Assembly (NCBI GenBank): GCA_030141605.1
Contig: JAQGDQ010000078.1
Location: 248,001-312,000 of the forward strand
Direction of reading: 5' to 3'
Length of the DNA: 64,000 bases
Source of the DNA: Tubiluchus corallicola
Lineage: Eukaryota; Animalia; Priapulida
The position numbers and the translations under genes were made by a program. Below, one piece after another: positions 1-14,000 of the stretch; position 1 is the first letter of the stretch, and the number at the start of each line of letters is the position of its first letter. The notes under the pieces are model-generated. The model saw only the letters and a list, made by a program, of their open reading frames with translations, had not been told where the DNA came from and searched no databases.

Positions 1-938
1 CAAGGCAGAATTTTGCAAAAAGTCGGTTAATTCGAACTGCTACCTATAAATGATAGTGAGTTAGGTACATATTATGCTTTGATTCTGACTCAGACTGTAA
101 AATAAACAAAGCCAGACTGAACGTTAACTAATAACAGACCAAGACATTTTCTATTCACCTTACAAGATAGCGACCGATTATCTTTGTCACATAATATGGA
201 CTGGACTGGGACTCCTAACTTACAGAATGTATGCAGCTTTTTAAAAAGGTTGTTAATGTATCCATATATTAACATATATATATCTTTATATATTATCATC
301 TTTCGTGTAGTCTCACCTCAAATGCAATTATGTATGCATTTATCATTATCTTACTTTAAATATGATCGTTTCCAATAATTTTCCGGCTAATACTCCAACT
401 GTCCAAAGAGGTCGGAAAGTTTAATTATCTAGATCAGCCAAAGTCTTATAATTCCAGAAAACTATATGACTTGCATGGCTAAGTTTTCACAGTGTATGCT
501 TCACAACCGAAGTTAGGTAACACCCAGCCAGTGAATGGTTCATGACCAACTGGGTTCAACACTTGTTCTACCATACTCACGTCATCTGCCACACTGATTC
601 TGCCTGTTCATCTCTTTGAAGCGTGTATATACAGTCCAGGTGCGCCTAAGACATCTGTGTTGGTTCTGGTTCAGGGCTTCATACTAGAAGAGTATCCTTG
701 ATAATGAGCTATGTTCCAGTATTGGCACAAACTTCAGCATTATGTGACCCTGTTTTTGAGTGCTGGATTTTCTGCTTGCAGTGTGCCAAAGTGTATGCAT
801 AAAATGGTAGCACACTGTTTGATTGTTACTTGATTATAACTGAGATTGCCAGAATTTTTATAAGCCTTTGCAGTTTATTTCACCGATTACTATCCATTGT
901 GGGTAATGGGTTGGAGAAATGAGACACCGAAAAATTGT

Positions 939-1008
939 GGACTAGTCGGGATTTGAAAGCGAGACTTGGGATTAGTACTGTCATGCTCTCCCAACTGTGT
1001 TGCTAGTC
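939..1008 (-). mobile_element. tRNA-like SINE head or tRNA pseudogene
   Basis: Minus strand GACTAG..CAGTTGGGAGAGCA..TTCAAATCCCGACTAGTCCA has A-box-like and B-box-like motifs and a 6-bp acceptor-like stem. The D, anticodon and T stems are broken, so it is not a functional tRNA. Confidence 0.55.
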
Positions 1009-2249
1009 AACATGACAGAGTAGGTCTGAGATTGTAGCTCACAGTCGAACAGCCCATCCATACCCGTGAAAGTAGGGGAATACTTATGGTATCAGTGCTT
1101 TCCCAAATTAGCTGGCAACTAACAGTATCATTAATATGACTATGACTGCACCTTTTTTTAAGTTTAATAAGTTTTGTATTGAACTCAACTAATATGGACA
1201 CTATGGATAGCTCTTTTTTTCCACTGCCTGTGATCTGCTGTAAAACATCTTGTTTTTTTTATTTCGTCTTCATGTTACATTAACTCTAACATTTTATCCA
1301 TCCAGTTGATCTGCGTTTTTGTGATTTATGTATAATGCACTAGTACAGCTTAATCAAAGTCATTATTGTGTTTTTCCGAAGCTGATTACAGAGAACAGTG
1401 ACGTGTAAAAGTCTAGATTTACAAAGCAGTATAAATCACTGAGCGTAATTGCATTTTGCGCGTCAACAGCACGTGCTACAAATTATAATATAATCCATAA
1501 ACTGCAGAATTTAATTGACCATCTGTCTACAGTTATATTTCTATACTTGCTATTGCTTGTAATGATAGTTTCCAGGAAGAATTACTGTGAAAATCATTAA
1601 TTAGCTGAAGCAGTGTGATTTTTAAACTGAATATGATTTTAATTTTTGTGCGTGCTTGAATGTTTATATGTTCCTTGCTAGTTTGTAAAGTGTTTTCTAA
1701 ATAACTGAAAGTAATGCCTGTGCATTACTGTTACTCAAAGAAACCACTTTTAAAAAACCATGTAGAAAATTTTAGAAGGAGTTTACAATACCCACACAGT
1801 TTAAATGCCCTACCCGTATCTCTAACACTAACCCTAACCCTATTCTGCTTCACAAACTAATTTCTAGTGTGTGGGGAATTGTGAACTTTTACCAAAATTT
1901 TGAATTTGACTTTTTAGATAACATCAAGATTCAAGATTCAGTATAAAAGCAAAAATAATGAATAGATTCTTAATTTCTGTATAAAGTTTTTGAAGTAAAC
2001 ATGTTACTTGGTTTTATATTATTTCTTATGTGTTCCTATTGTTCTTTAGTTTAGCTTAGTTTATTGCAAAGTAAACCCAACAAACTATCATATACATCAA
2101 CATTACTTCGTTTTAAAGCACCAGTTCTCTAGTTCTGTTTTTCAGTATTTTTTCTTTTAAGTGTACTTTTGCTTATACTTTCTTATTTGATGTAATTAGA
2201 TATCCTGTTTAGTATCTGAGCAGTACATATACATAGCTACGTGGCTGAA

Positions 2250-2717
2250 AGTCGAACTAAGCCTTCACTATAATATAAGCTTTTACAACTTAAAATCCTA
2301 CTCTCATTACGAATATTCAATTTATTTTATCATAAATTTACTGTAAAACTTGTTTCCTCTGATTTTTTATCACCTCACTGTTAGCGGTATTAAATTAGCG
2401 GTATTTAAAGAGCACCCATTTTTCATTGCGCGAGACGAATAATGTTATAAGTGCAGTTATGACGTTACCAAAGTTCGGTGAAAACACATCGGTAACCAAA
2501 GACGCCTTCTGCACTACATATGTCATTCTTGCTCACTCACGCCAAAGGTGCGAAACGTGGCGATCTTTGCGGCAAATCATGCATTCGAAATTTCCCAGAA
2601 AAGGGTAAGTTATTTAATGTATAAGTCTCTTTTGTTTAATAATAACTATGAATTTTTGGTGTAATCATAATAATGCATTTAAAAAAATAGCATTGTCTTT
2701 TGGGGTTATATAGGCCT
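2250..2717 (+). mobile_element. Dispersed non-autonomous DNA transposon, Kolobok-like (TTAA target), copy 1
   Basis: Colinear with 62382-62823 (TTTTACAACTTAAAATC, CCATTTTTCATTGCGCGA, GGTAACCAAAGACGC, ATGCATTCGAAATTT). It ends GGGGTTATATAGGCCT|TTAA. The superfamily is inferred from the terminus only. Confidence 0.65.
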
Positions 2718-4396
2718 TTAAGCCTAAAATTTAGAAATTCATGCAATTGCTTAAAGTGCAAAACTACGCGTAGGCATGTGCCACTTTTTTTAATAGCACA
2801 CAGTTAAATTTTTAAACAGCCGTGATGTTGATGTAGACAATTTTTTGACGGCAGTATCTGTTAAACCAACCAAGATTTCAAGTTTCATCCAGTTATAAAT
2901 CAAGAAACAATCTTTTCAAGCAGGAAATGGCAGTTGAAGATAATTGGCAGTGAAATTGAGCAGGGCGCGAATGATTGAAAAAATCACTCATCTTTCAGTT
3001 TGTGTTAATCACGTTTGACAGATTCTCAAAAGCAGCTGAACTTGATGGAAAAATTGCCTCTAAATGAATTGTATGAAACTTCCCATCACTGCTAAACACA
3101 ACAAAGGAGGAAAATTTACCACCTGAGTAGCTCATTCTTTTGTCGGACAACAGGTGTTATGAACAAGTGATCTGTCGTAGCATGGTTGCTACTAAACGCT
3201 TAATGCATTCTAATTTAATGGAAAAAACAATTGTTTTCAAGATTACAAAAGAGCTGCTTCTTACAAAAGAGAACAGGAATTAATGCAATGGTCAGATCAT
3301 TTACATTTATAATGAAATTTCGAGTGAATAATATTTCGATGTCACTTGACCTGTAATTACAGTTTTTAATGTTTTTTGTTGTACATATGAATAATTAGCA
3401 TACAGATCTGTTTGAAGATTCTGGAAATGTATATAAATTATAATGGCATTTCAAAAATTTATCAGTTGTCAGTCATGCTTTGCTTGGGTTTGATATTTGC
3501 TCTCATTTGTCCTCCTAAAAGTACAAAAATGAGCCTCAGTAGATTACCGCAAAAATAAAGGAATACTAAATACATGAGTGAATAATATATGCAAACGAAC
3601 GAATTTCATTAATAGTAGATGAGAGCAAAAATTTACTTTCTTGAATAATTTGACTAATTTCATTTCATGGTATATTTGCATTAACAACTACGAGCAATTC
3701 GACACCCGGTTTTACTCTACTAAACTGTCATTTAATATCGATGGCAATTTTACCAGCTTTGCATGACGGGGGAAATTTACATAATTCAGCCCTGTTTGTA
3801 ATTAGTTCTTGGTTAAGTCTTCTGCTGAGACTGTGCAAGCATGCCATGTGCATATAGGAGTTCATTTCTATCTGTGCACTGTAAGTCTTATTGATGCGTA
3901 AAACCAACAGTGCACCCCAAATTAGGCCAATGGCCTCTGTCGATAAGGGGCTACAGTAATAAGGAGAATTTATGAGTGCATGTCCAATGAAACAAAATTT
4001 ATATAGTTAAATTGCTAGAGACAGATGGTATCTGCTGATGTTCTTCTTGAATGAAGTCAGGTTGTAGTTTTCTGTTAAATGATTTTCTGGTAGAGAATTC
4101 TGCATATAAAAAGCTGGAGTGAAAAAACTGGATTTATGTGCTATAATTCTACAAACTTTGCCAGTAATCACTGTGACATATTTGCATTATTGTTGCACCA
4201 TTAAACTTAAAAGTTTGTTAAGGTTATGTAATTGAGTTAATTATGCAATAATCAGTTTCTTGATTTTTAGTTAACCATGCATTTGTTAGGTTGTAACAAA
4301 TATTCCTTGAATCCTTTTATAGTAATATAGTAATTTCATTTGGACAGGGACCTAAATAATTGATGATTATTATTACCTGCATGTTACTTCGATATA

Positions 4397-4514
4397 CCTC
4401 GTGCTTGGTCAAAGAACCAACTGTATCATTTTTTAAGTCTTTGCTATAACTCGGTCGGGAGTTGAACCCACGATCTCCCGAGTGGGAAGCGAGCATTGAG
4501 CTATGCCACCCGGT
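4397..4514 (-). mobile_element. tRNA-derived SINE fragment with a Meta-domain-like body
   Basis: Minus strand has the B box GGGTTCAACTCCC followed by GACCGAGTTATAGCAAAGACTTAAAAAATGATACAGTTGGTTCTTTGACCAAGCACG, resembling the recalled MetaSINE central domain (CCAAAGACT..AAAATGGTAC..GCT.C..GC.AAGCAC). Confidence 0.65.
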
Positions 4515-6125
4515 GACAAGGTGGACGTAGACTATAATTTTTGCAGCTAGAACTAAACTATTTTAGTTGGACCATAATGTCATTCTTGACACTGATTCTT
4601 ATTTTACGTCATATGAGTGTGATTGTCTGTATCTATACCAATGTGTAGACAACTAAGCCAGAAAATCTTTAACAGTTCGGGCGTGTAGACATGTGTGACA
4701 TTGATCATACGCTTTTGAACAAACTATCACATAGTTCCAGCATTCTTTATTTCATTATAAAAATAGAGGTATAATAAACTGAATATTAACAACACTTTCT
4801 GCATGCAAAAGTGCTGTTTTTAACAACTATAACAAAGTATGAGAAACGGAACTGTCACTCACCGTTTACCAAAGAAGATGCCCAAAATGAAACATAACAC
4901 TTGCATTAAATGTGTGAAAGATTTGTCTATTTCAGTTTTCGAGAAATGAAATTTGAGTTTTTATTTTGTAAACTGTAAATTGATATCGAGTCAATAAAGT
5001 GACAGCGTAAAATGGCATTGAAATGCCAATATGCAATTCAAACAGATGAGCAATGTTCAACTTGGTTCCATTCAGTATTCCTATTTCTATTCAATCAGGT
5101 CATGATGTACTTTTTGCTGAATTTTTAATACATTTTCAAATTAATTTTCTTAATTAATTGGTATTTAAAATAATATCAGCATTTTCACTACTGTATGTCG
5201 CATCTCTAACTATAAGCACTAAGATATCATCAGGCGATGCTTCTGGTAAGTACAACTAATTGAAAGACAGTTGGTCTGCTAAATTTTATTAAGTATTTAC
5301 TTGATTATTCAGCGGCATATATCTTGCCATGATAACTTTTGACACAAAATCCATATCTGCCGTAAACATGCTTGTACTGTCAAAAGCACGTTATTTCCCT
5401 CGCCTGCTGCTCTTTGAAAAGCCTAGTTATTGATCCTTTTCCTACTTAGAAGCTCACCATGTACATAATTCAACGTCTTTGTTTTGCGTGCGGCAGATTT
5501 TAGTCTAAGTTATTAGTCTGAAAGAGTTTTCAAGCTGTGATCAAAAGATTAATGCAGATTTTCAACTACGCCTTTGTATTTTATGAAACAACATCCAGCA
5601 CTTTCAGTTGACTGTGTGTCAATGAAACTTTACACGAAAATGTTGAAGGTCAACCTGTCAAGGGGCCACTATATTATTGCCGGCAATGCACCAGTGTTTA
5701 GAGTTTCAACAGTCTCCAGAATGATGACTATTATTCTGACAAATTATTTAATTTTATAATGCATTTTTGTCATCTTGTGAGCCAATACCGAAAACATAGT
5801 TTTGTACAAGCAACTGAATGAGATGTTTTTATATTTACGAACTAATTCAACATTGTATTACTACTTTGTATATATTTTTATCGTTGCTAATTATCTACAT
5901 CCTCTTACCACAGTATTGAGAATTCCATTAATTCGCGAAATAAATTATATATATGTAACACAATTAATGAATACACATTTTCTGATGCTGACAAATGGCC
6001 AAGTTCGTAAAAAAGCATGATATTTAATATATTTTATTAGCAAACTTTTACTTTCAAAAATACTATATTATTATGGTAAAACAATATGCGTACATTTCTA
6101 GGGCGTGTACAACTATTGTATAATC

Positions 6126-7035
6126 CAATATATTACAAAAAAGGTTCTATTGGTTTCTCGAACTGCTAGGGAAATTACAATTTCTGTAATGCTACTACTT
6201 TTGTTTCTGTGAAAAAACGTAAGTGATACAGTTTTCATACACTAGTAGGCAGTTCATAACAAACCTTTCTCATCTCAACATACAAGAGTCACTGTACGTG
6301 TTATCAAAATTATAAGGCACTTTGATCATTCTTCAAAACAGCACACTTCATTCACATTTACCTGGTGCATGTGTGAGGGTGTGTGTGTGTGCGTGTGTGT
6401 GTGAGGAATTTTGAACATGCACAATTAAATTGAATTGTCACCATTTGTTAAGATGTGTGTTATCTAATCGAGCAGCATAGAGAATTGGATATAGAACAGC
6501 GGATTGGCATGATATACAATTAAACAAACATGCAAATAAACATTTAACCACTTCTATACTATACTTGTAAGCAATCACATCACTAAACTCTATTTTGCTT
6601 CTTTTATTGTTACAGTTTTAAAGAAACAATGTTGTCGACGCCCTACTTTACGTGTAATGGATCACCTTGTTTTTCAGTGTTTTTCATTAGTTTTAAAATG
6701 ATAATTGAATCGATGTATTCCATATCCAATTCTGTGTGTTGCTTAATTAGATAAAGCTCTTCTTACCAAATGGTGACAATTCAATTAATTATGCATTTGC
6801 AAAATTTCCTCCACAAACACAGGTAAGTATGTGCACAGTTTTGAAGAACGATCAAAGCAGCTTATAATTTTTGTTAACAAATAATGTGCTGAGAAAAGCT
6901 TGTTAAGAACTACCTACTACTTTACGAGAACTGTATCACTTTCGTTTTTTGTAGAAAATAAAAATAGTAGCATTACAACAGTTACCATTTTCCTAGTAGT
7001 TTGAGAAAACAGCGGAACTTTTTTGTAATATGTTG
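6126..7035. mobile_element. Long degenerate inverted repeat (foldback/MITE-like)
   Basis: Left arm ~6126-6505 is the reverse complement of right arm ~6708-7035 (e.g. TTGAATTGTCACCATTTG vs CAAATGGTGACAATTCAA; GTAATGCTACTA vs TAGTAGCATTAC; AAGTGATACAGTT vs AACTGTATCACTT). The spacer is ~200 bp. Confidence 0.85.
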
Positions 7036-7729
7036 AGTCTTTCTAGCCGTTTTTAATCTTTATTCATTTTTAAAACTCAGAATCATGTGACAGTTGTTGC
7101 TGCTACAGAACGTGTGCCGTAATGGTCGATTTGAAATGAGATCTAGTTCCACTGACTGCCCAAACTTGAAAGCGCTTTTAGAGTAGAATTTTTGCCTGTG
7201 TAGTTTACTCCGTTTCAAAGGATTTGTGTTTCGGAGATAATTAACTCGTGTTTTCATTTGATGTGTCTATAAAAGGGTCTTTGTGGGAACTGCAGCAAGT
7301 AATCAGGCAGTATAGTATTTTGTGATACTAAACTCAAAGCTTATTCACTTTCATTTCACAACTTTACGACCAAATTACCTTGAACTCTTGATTAGATTGT
7401 TTTCGTCTGATTCATTGTTTACTCGCCAGTTTCAATGTACAGTGCAAACTCTTTGTTTATTTTTTATTTAGAATATGTTCTGTTTTTTCAAAGTTAATGA
7501 TGAGTTATTGATTTATTGTAGGATATCTGAATCATGGCTTAGTGGTTTCTTTTATTTAAAGCACAAGAAAACACTCTTCATAAATAATGTTTTAAAAATT
7601 TGAGTCAAAATTTTATATCACTTACATTCTGTCTTATTGCACACAGAGCTTGCATTAGCAGTAGCGCTATATAAAGCTTGTAAATCTAACTCCTGCGATG
7701 AGCGTTATGTCCAGCCATTTTGAGGGCAA

Positions 7730-7992
7730 ATCGTTTGAAAAAAGTTTAGATAACACCACGTAAAATTCGAAAAAGTAATAAGAACACACTCTTCCCTAAC
7801 TAAGAAAAGTTTAAGTTGCTTTATATTGTCAATAAGACCAATAATGTGTTTTTGGTCAGTGAGTGGTACGCACTGGAATGACGATGCAGTGCATTTTAAC
7901 CAGGTGGCGCGAATACTTTAAATAATTAAGAATTTTCTTTTTTAATTACATAAGTCTTTCGAGCAGGTAAGAGTAATGCAAAGTAATATAAC
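7730..7992 (+). repeat. Dispersed repeat with an inverted copy at ~41062-41320
   Basis: CGATGCAGTGC..TTTAACCAGGTGGCGCGAATACTTTA vs the reverse complement of TAAAGTATTCGTGTCACTTGGTAAAATGGCACTGCATCG; CAATAATGTGTTTTT vs AAAAACACATTATTG. Confidence 0.75.
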
Positions 7993-8036
7993 CTTATCTA
8001 GGATTATTAATGAACAGTGGTTGTTCGTCATTATAG

Positions 8037-11000
8037 GTAAAGCTAACATTACACCGTTTTGCCGGAGAAAGTCCACTTATCGTACGGAAAACTCCCGTAA
8101 ATGCAAATCTTGTAAGCCTAATTGCGGGAGAGTCGACTGACGATGTCACTTCGCAGCTGAAAGACATTTCACATCACATTGTGCTGTATCTCACATTAGA
8201 AGGAATCTCAGAGAATGCTCAGGGCAATGTAAGATGTGCGAGTAATTGCTGTATTTAATTATAAGAGCGTTGTTATGCTCGTCAATGGCTGTAGGTTGAG
8301 CAAACGTTTTGTTTTACTTTGCACATAAATGCATCGCACGAGGATAGTAATTGTATTTGTAGATTGCATGTATATTAAAAACATGTATGTATTACTACAC
8401 ACATATTAGAAACTGTGTATATATATATATATATGTACGTCACTATTGGGAATTCAGCAAACTACACTTGGCATTGTCTTTAAATACAACAGAGGTCATC
8501 AGGGCCTACTACACATCAAATATTTGCTATATTTTTGTATTTTTACATTAATCATCTTATCTTGTATTCTCTTTCAGTCATATGTGAACAAACCTTAACT
8601 TGACAAACTAAGTTTACCTGTTTTAATGTGGCTAATTTGTATTGAAATTGCACAAGTCATTTTGGTGTCTTATTGCCAATACATGCTGTTTTCTCACCAG
8701 TTAATGCTCTTTTTTTAATTTTTGACTGAATGATAAAAAGATATATGAAGAGGTACACAGTTTTTTTACACACTTTTTCAGGTGTAACAAACCTTGAATG
8801 ATTTATCTTGTGCAAATGCCATATTTGACAATTGTGCAAATGCCGTATTTGACAATCTCTTTTCGTTTGGCAATCTAAGACAATTTTATAACTTCTTGTC
8901 GAATTCTTTCTTCTAACTGTTTGAGTGGTTTCATCAGTTTAATATGTCAATTTATATTTATTTTTCTTTATTGAAGGAGGACATTTTATACCAGTATCCA
9001 GACGGTCATAACAAGCTCGTGGAAATACGTGGTATGTTCATCACTCTAGTCCATATGATGCATGATGTAACAGGCTCATCTCCTACTAGGTAACTTACTT
9101 TGGTTTTGATACAGTTGTATAAAAACTTGCTTTTAATTGAGCTGCTACCATCTTACTATATTTCGGTTGGAATGAAATGATTAGTTTGACACTTACTTGA
9201 ATGAGATTTTTGCTGTATTTACTCAGTAGCGTTTACGAAAACTCAATCTCATTTTGTATAAATTTGCACAGTAATGTAAACAAGTTTCTGGTATTTGCAA
9301 AAGAAGTAGTTTTATAGATTATCTGTCTGTCAAAGAGAAAAACCTTACTTCTGTATATATGGTTCAATGATGCAATTTTAATAAAAATTGTCACAGTAAG
9401 GAAATGAAAAGACAGGACGTTTTAGTCTGCCATTGTGAACCGTTTTTGATGAAAGTAAAAAAAAAGACAAATAAGCACAGAAATTCACTAAATGCAGGCT
9501 TCTGCGATTTTATATGATAGACAAACTGTTTGTGGTGTGTTAAGCACAATAAAATTGAAGGATGAAATTCTTATGGTGTGTTAAGCAGAATAAAGTTGAA
9601 GGATGAAACTACTTGTGCTGTGTTAACAGAATAAATAATTAAGGATGAAACTGCTTGTGGTGTGCTGTTAGCGAGCGGTCACAAACTGTTAGTGGCGATG
9701 AGGTGGGGACAGGATTTTGGGTAGAAATAGCTGCATTGGGAGAACCTACCAAGTTTTTTCCATTTTTGCTTGGTCACTTCATCTCACTGTGACTTTTCCC
9801 ATGACTTTTTTTAATTTAGATGTTTACTGATCTTCCTATTTTATTCAGTGCAGTAGAACTAAGAAAAACTGTTGCCATTTTGTAGGAGATCTTGTCTTTT
9901 ATTAACACAAGTTTTCAGTTCCAGTTTAGTTATAAATGATCAGCTCATACATGTTGCTTATTCTCGTGAAGGAAGAGAAGCTCTGGTCCTAGCATTGCCT
10001 GCTGAAAAGTATGTAGCTGTATTTTTTTATTTATATTTATAGTTTTACATTTATTAGTAGTTTGATTGTACATAAATTTTTAAATAACTACATAAACATT
10101 CTCTTTCTTTAATTTAATTATACAAGTCGTCCCATGTTCATTCAAAGTAACGGATAACAGATACAGCTATTGCTTTACAAAATACAAATACAGGTATTGA
10201 AAAACAGATTTCTTATTTGCTAATTTTAATAAGCGTTATAAAGATATAAACTAGATTTGTTTTTTCTTGCTATCATCATCACTGTAACTATTGTCATAAT
10301 AATCATCACTGTCATCATCGTCATTGTTATTCTCGTATCATCATCATAACCACCATCGTCATCATTATTATCATCATAATCTACTGTACTGACTTTTGCC
10401 ACGGAACAGTTATTTAAAATTCATATCATTTTTGTGAGATCTCGTATTTTTTCATTACATGTATGTTTTTGCAAAAAAAATGTATGCTGTACTGGGCAGG
10501 AGCGATTTTGCATGAGTTTTGATGGTAAGGCAACTAACTTATGCTGATAGTTTCTTCATGCGAGCATCCAAACACCTCATTAATTTCTCAGCACAATCTG
10601 CTTGGCTGCACCAGCAGCTACAGATTAATTATATACTTAATCACGTTTGCTTGTCTGAAATTATTAGTTTTACTGTTAGGCTCAAGTGTCATAAATCACG
10701 CATTATTTCATTAGCCGTGTTCATTATTTTATTAACTTTGCTATGAAAATTTTCATGTAGCCGCTTGTATCAATTAATTAGCCCTGCCGAGTCAGCGATT
10801 TATGATGCGTGACTTTCGCATGTTTTTTGATAATTTTTTACAAAGGCCATTATTTATTAGATCAGTATGGTAACTGTTTTAAATAGGCTTTCACGAAGCT
10901 ACAGCATTGTTGTTAATCTGTAATGACACATGACTATGTGGTCATGTCATGCATATATCTGTATATCTGTAGTGTTTGTTCGTTCTTCCTTTCTTTCTAG

Positions 11001-14000
11001 TTCAAGTTCAACTTTGTTTTCCTTTGATATACTAAACATTACTATATCATAACAAACACACATTTGAACAAGATTGTTGCCAGACGCTGGCAATTTTAAA
11101 CTATTTGTCTACAATACTTAGCTGTAATTTTAAATCTTGTCCTCAACATGCCATTGTGTTGCAAATCACTTGTTAGAGTTCTATTGATAACAATTCAAAT
11201 ATAGCCAATTTTTCGTAGCAGAGTGGGATTGGTTTGTTGATGACTTACAAGGTCATGCATTAAGTTACATGCATCAAGACTCAGCATTTCCATTATGTAC
11301 AACACTTTTTGAAAATGGTGGCTATGGCCCAGAGCTGCCTCTGTTTGGTTCGGGCATCAGTAATGAAATGTTCACGTTTTCTTTATTGTCTACCATTGCA
11401 CTTTGGTAACAAATGATCAAGCAGTCATATTGTGCAGTAGAATAACTCACTTATCTTGACACATTCACACACACCTACACACGTGTTGTAACATTATTAA
11501 GATCAAAACTTCAGAGGTCGGGGTCTTATTTGGTACAAATGCACTTATTATTACAGGAAATAACAGAACAATTTTAATTCATGCATTTGTTTCTAGCGTT
11601 TAAAAATCGCTTTTGTGAATTTTTTTGCCATTACTTGCATATCTAGATGTATATCTTTGCCATAAAAAATGACAGTATACATTATACAATGTGATACATC
11701 TTTCATTGTGATTGTAATGAATCAGCTAATAGGCAAATGCATCTGGTGTAGAACAATTAAAATTATGAGTGCACTAGGAGCACCTAAAGCACAAACAATA
11801 AAGCAAAAATGACATAAGCTGCAGTAAAATGCACATAGCTAAAAACTAAAGCACACTTTTAAAAATTCAATCATTCAAGCAACTTACATATAAAATAATA
11901 CGTATAATACAGGTAGTATACACACAAGTATCTTCACATTAGCACAAAGCACATCACGTAGTACAATTTGATTCTCAAATGGTACATAAATTGCACGTAA
12001 GCACATTAATCAAAAATAAAATTTCACAGAATACACCTATTTCATTCTAGTTTATTGCTGGTTAATGTGAACGATCTGCGGCAATTGACAAACATTTATC
12101 ATTTTGTTTCAGTTGAGTCACTTTAGCAATTGAGATTCACCTGAAACGTAATCATGATTGATGTTAACAGTCACAACCTTTCAGTGACCTACAAATTCAA
12201 GGAACACGTACATTACTAGCACTGTTATTTATGTGAAGTGCAGAACAACTCTGATTTACACGGAAGTTTCTTGATACGTGTATCAATTAATCACAGTTTC
12301 AATTTTAAACTGTAAATGTTTGCTGACCAACATTTATTACCAACGTTTACAGCAGTGATTGTCGATATACTTAAGATGGTGTTAATAAATGTAATGCTTA
12401 CTGTAAAGAACAGACCATTTATTAAAACAGATGACAAAAATTTAAGAAATATTTAGTCAGATATCGTTTTAAACTGCTTTTTAACACAAAATATGAGTCA
12501 TGCTCAATTTGACAAAATGTACAATCTTCTCAAATCACTAAAATATTCTAATTAAATTTATAGTTGATACTTGATATTTATTTATTTATTTATTTTAGCC
12601 ATAACAAAATAACACAATAACAAAAAGATACCCATTGCAAAGTTAAATAGTAAAAATAGATAATAATGAAATGTGAGACCTTGGCACTATCTCATATGCA
12701 TTATAATAAATAACTAACCTAAAACATGATTACAATTACAATTATAATATTTCAAGAGTGTAGTACACACACATAACAATCAGTAATATTACAGGAGATT
12801 CCTATGTGTGTAAAAAGAAATTTTTATTTTACTTTTAATCCATGGTACGAATGAGCAAAAACCTTTTTAATGGTTAACTGTGGCATTATTGATTAATTAA
12901 TAATTAATCACCATTGCCTTGTTAACATTGCTGTATTTCTTTTCAGAGTTTCTCTCTATCAGCTGAATAACATCATGGAGAATGTTGTCCGTCTCATGAA
13001 AGTTTTATACAAAAGTCTCGGTAACGCATTCGGCGATAAAGACAACAAGTCCTCGCTGGATCATCTTTTCTCTCTATTATTCCATCAACTGCTTCTTCCA
13101 CATCTCAGTCGAGAAAAACTAAAGGGCAGCAGTGCTGCTGAGAAACAGAGTCTAGCTGATCATCACTTAGCTTCGGCTTTCTACGATAGTTTAGAATCTG
13201 AGTTGTGGCTTCTGCTATCTGACAGTGTTAAAGTAAGTGTTCAAACCTATTTGCCAATGTCCTACTCTGCAGGCACTTTATTTTTACTCTCCTGCATGTC
13301 AATGCCTTTATCCCTATTAATTAATTTAATATATCAATGGATGCATAATTTTTAAAAGTGCTTTTATAATGTAATATTTCTAAGTGCTATCTTTGAGAAG
13401 TTGTGGGTCTTATTAATGACGAAAGTGAAAAGAAGCTATTATGCTAGCTCTACATTTGTAGTTTTCCATTCCATAAGGTCATTGTTGCAAGCTATATAAA
13501 AATTCCTCTAAAGCAGTTTGAGTTCTTAGTGTTGTTTTAACTTTCAAGTGCATTAATACAAATTGCACTGTATGTTAACAACAGTTACTCTTACCCTTAA
13601 CTGTAGGTAAGTGTTGTCACAACAAGATGGTGCATTTTAATCACTCAAAATGTGTTACAAACCTCATTAAAATGGTTTAATTTTTTAATTATACTTCTAA
13701 TGGAATGATTATATTTAATAATAAAGTGGGCAAGTTTCTCTAGTGATGTTTATTTTCTGATTTGCTTATTTGTTTGTGTTGCTGTTTAAAGCTGTAATAA
13801 AACAAGTGCAGTATCATGTGTAATCTCTTTGAATTTTTTATTTCTTGTTTTTTGGTGGAATTTTACTATAGTCTTAAATGCATTTTTTTTAAATTTATAT
13901 ATTTAGGGTTTATTTTGTCTTTTTACTTATTTTTAAGTCTCTTTCAGCACTTTATAAAGAGTTTTATTAGCTGAAATTAATTGCAGAAGTTTTCTGTCAC

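Noticed and set aside
939-1008. Functional tRNA gene
   Set aside because: The D, anticodon and T stems do not pair properly, so it was treated as a SINE head or pseudogene.
1825-1842. Telomeric repeat (CTAACCCTAACCCTA)
   Set aside because: Only about 2-3 units, a common motif within interspersed repeats; not an interstitial telomere array.
7955-7972. INTU microexon ending at the strong donor CAG|GTAAGA
   Set aside because: The site lies within a dispersed repeat that has an inverted copy at ~41062-41320, and it shows no INTU similarity.
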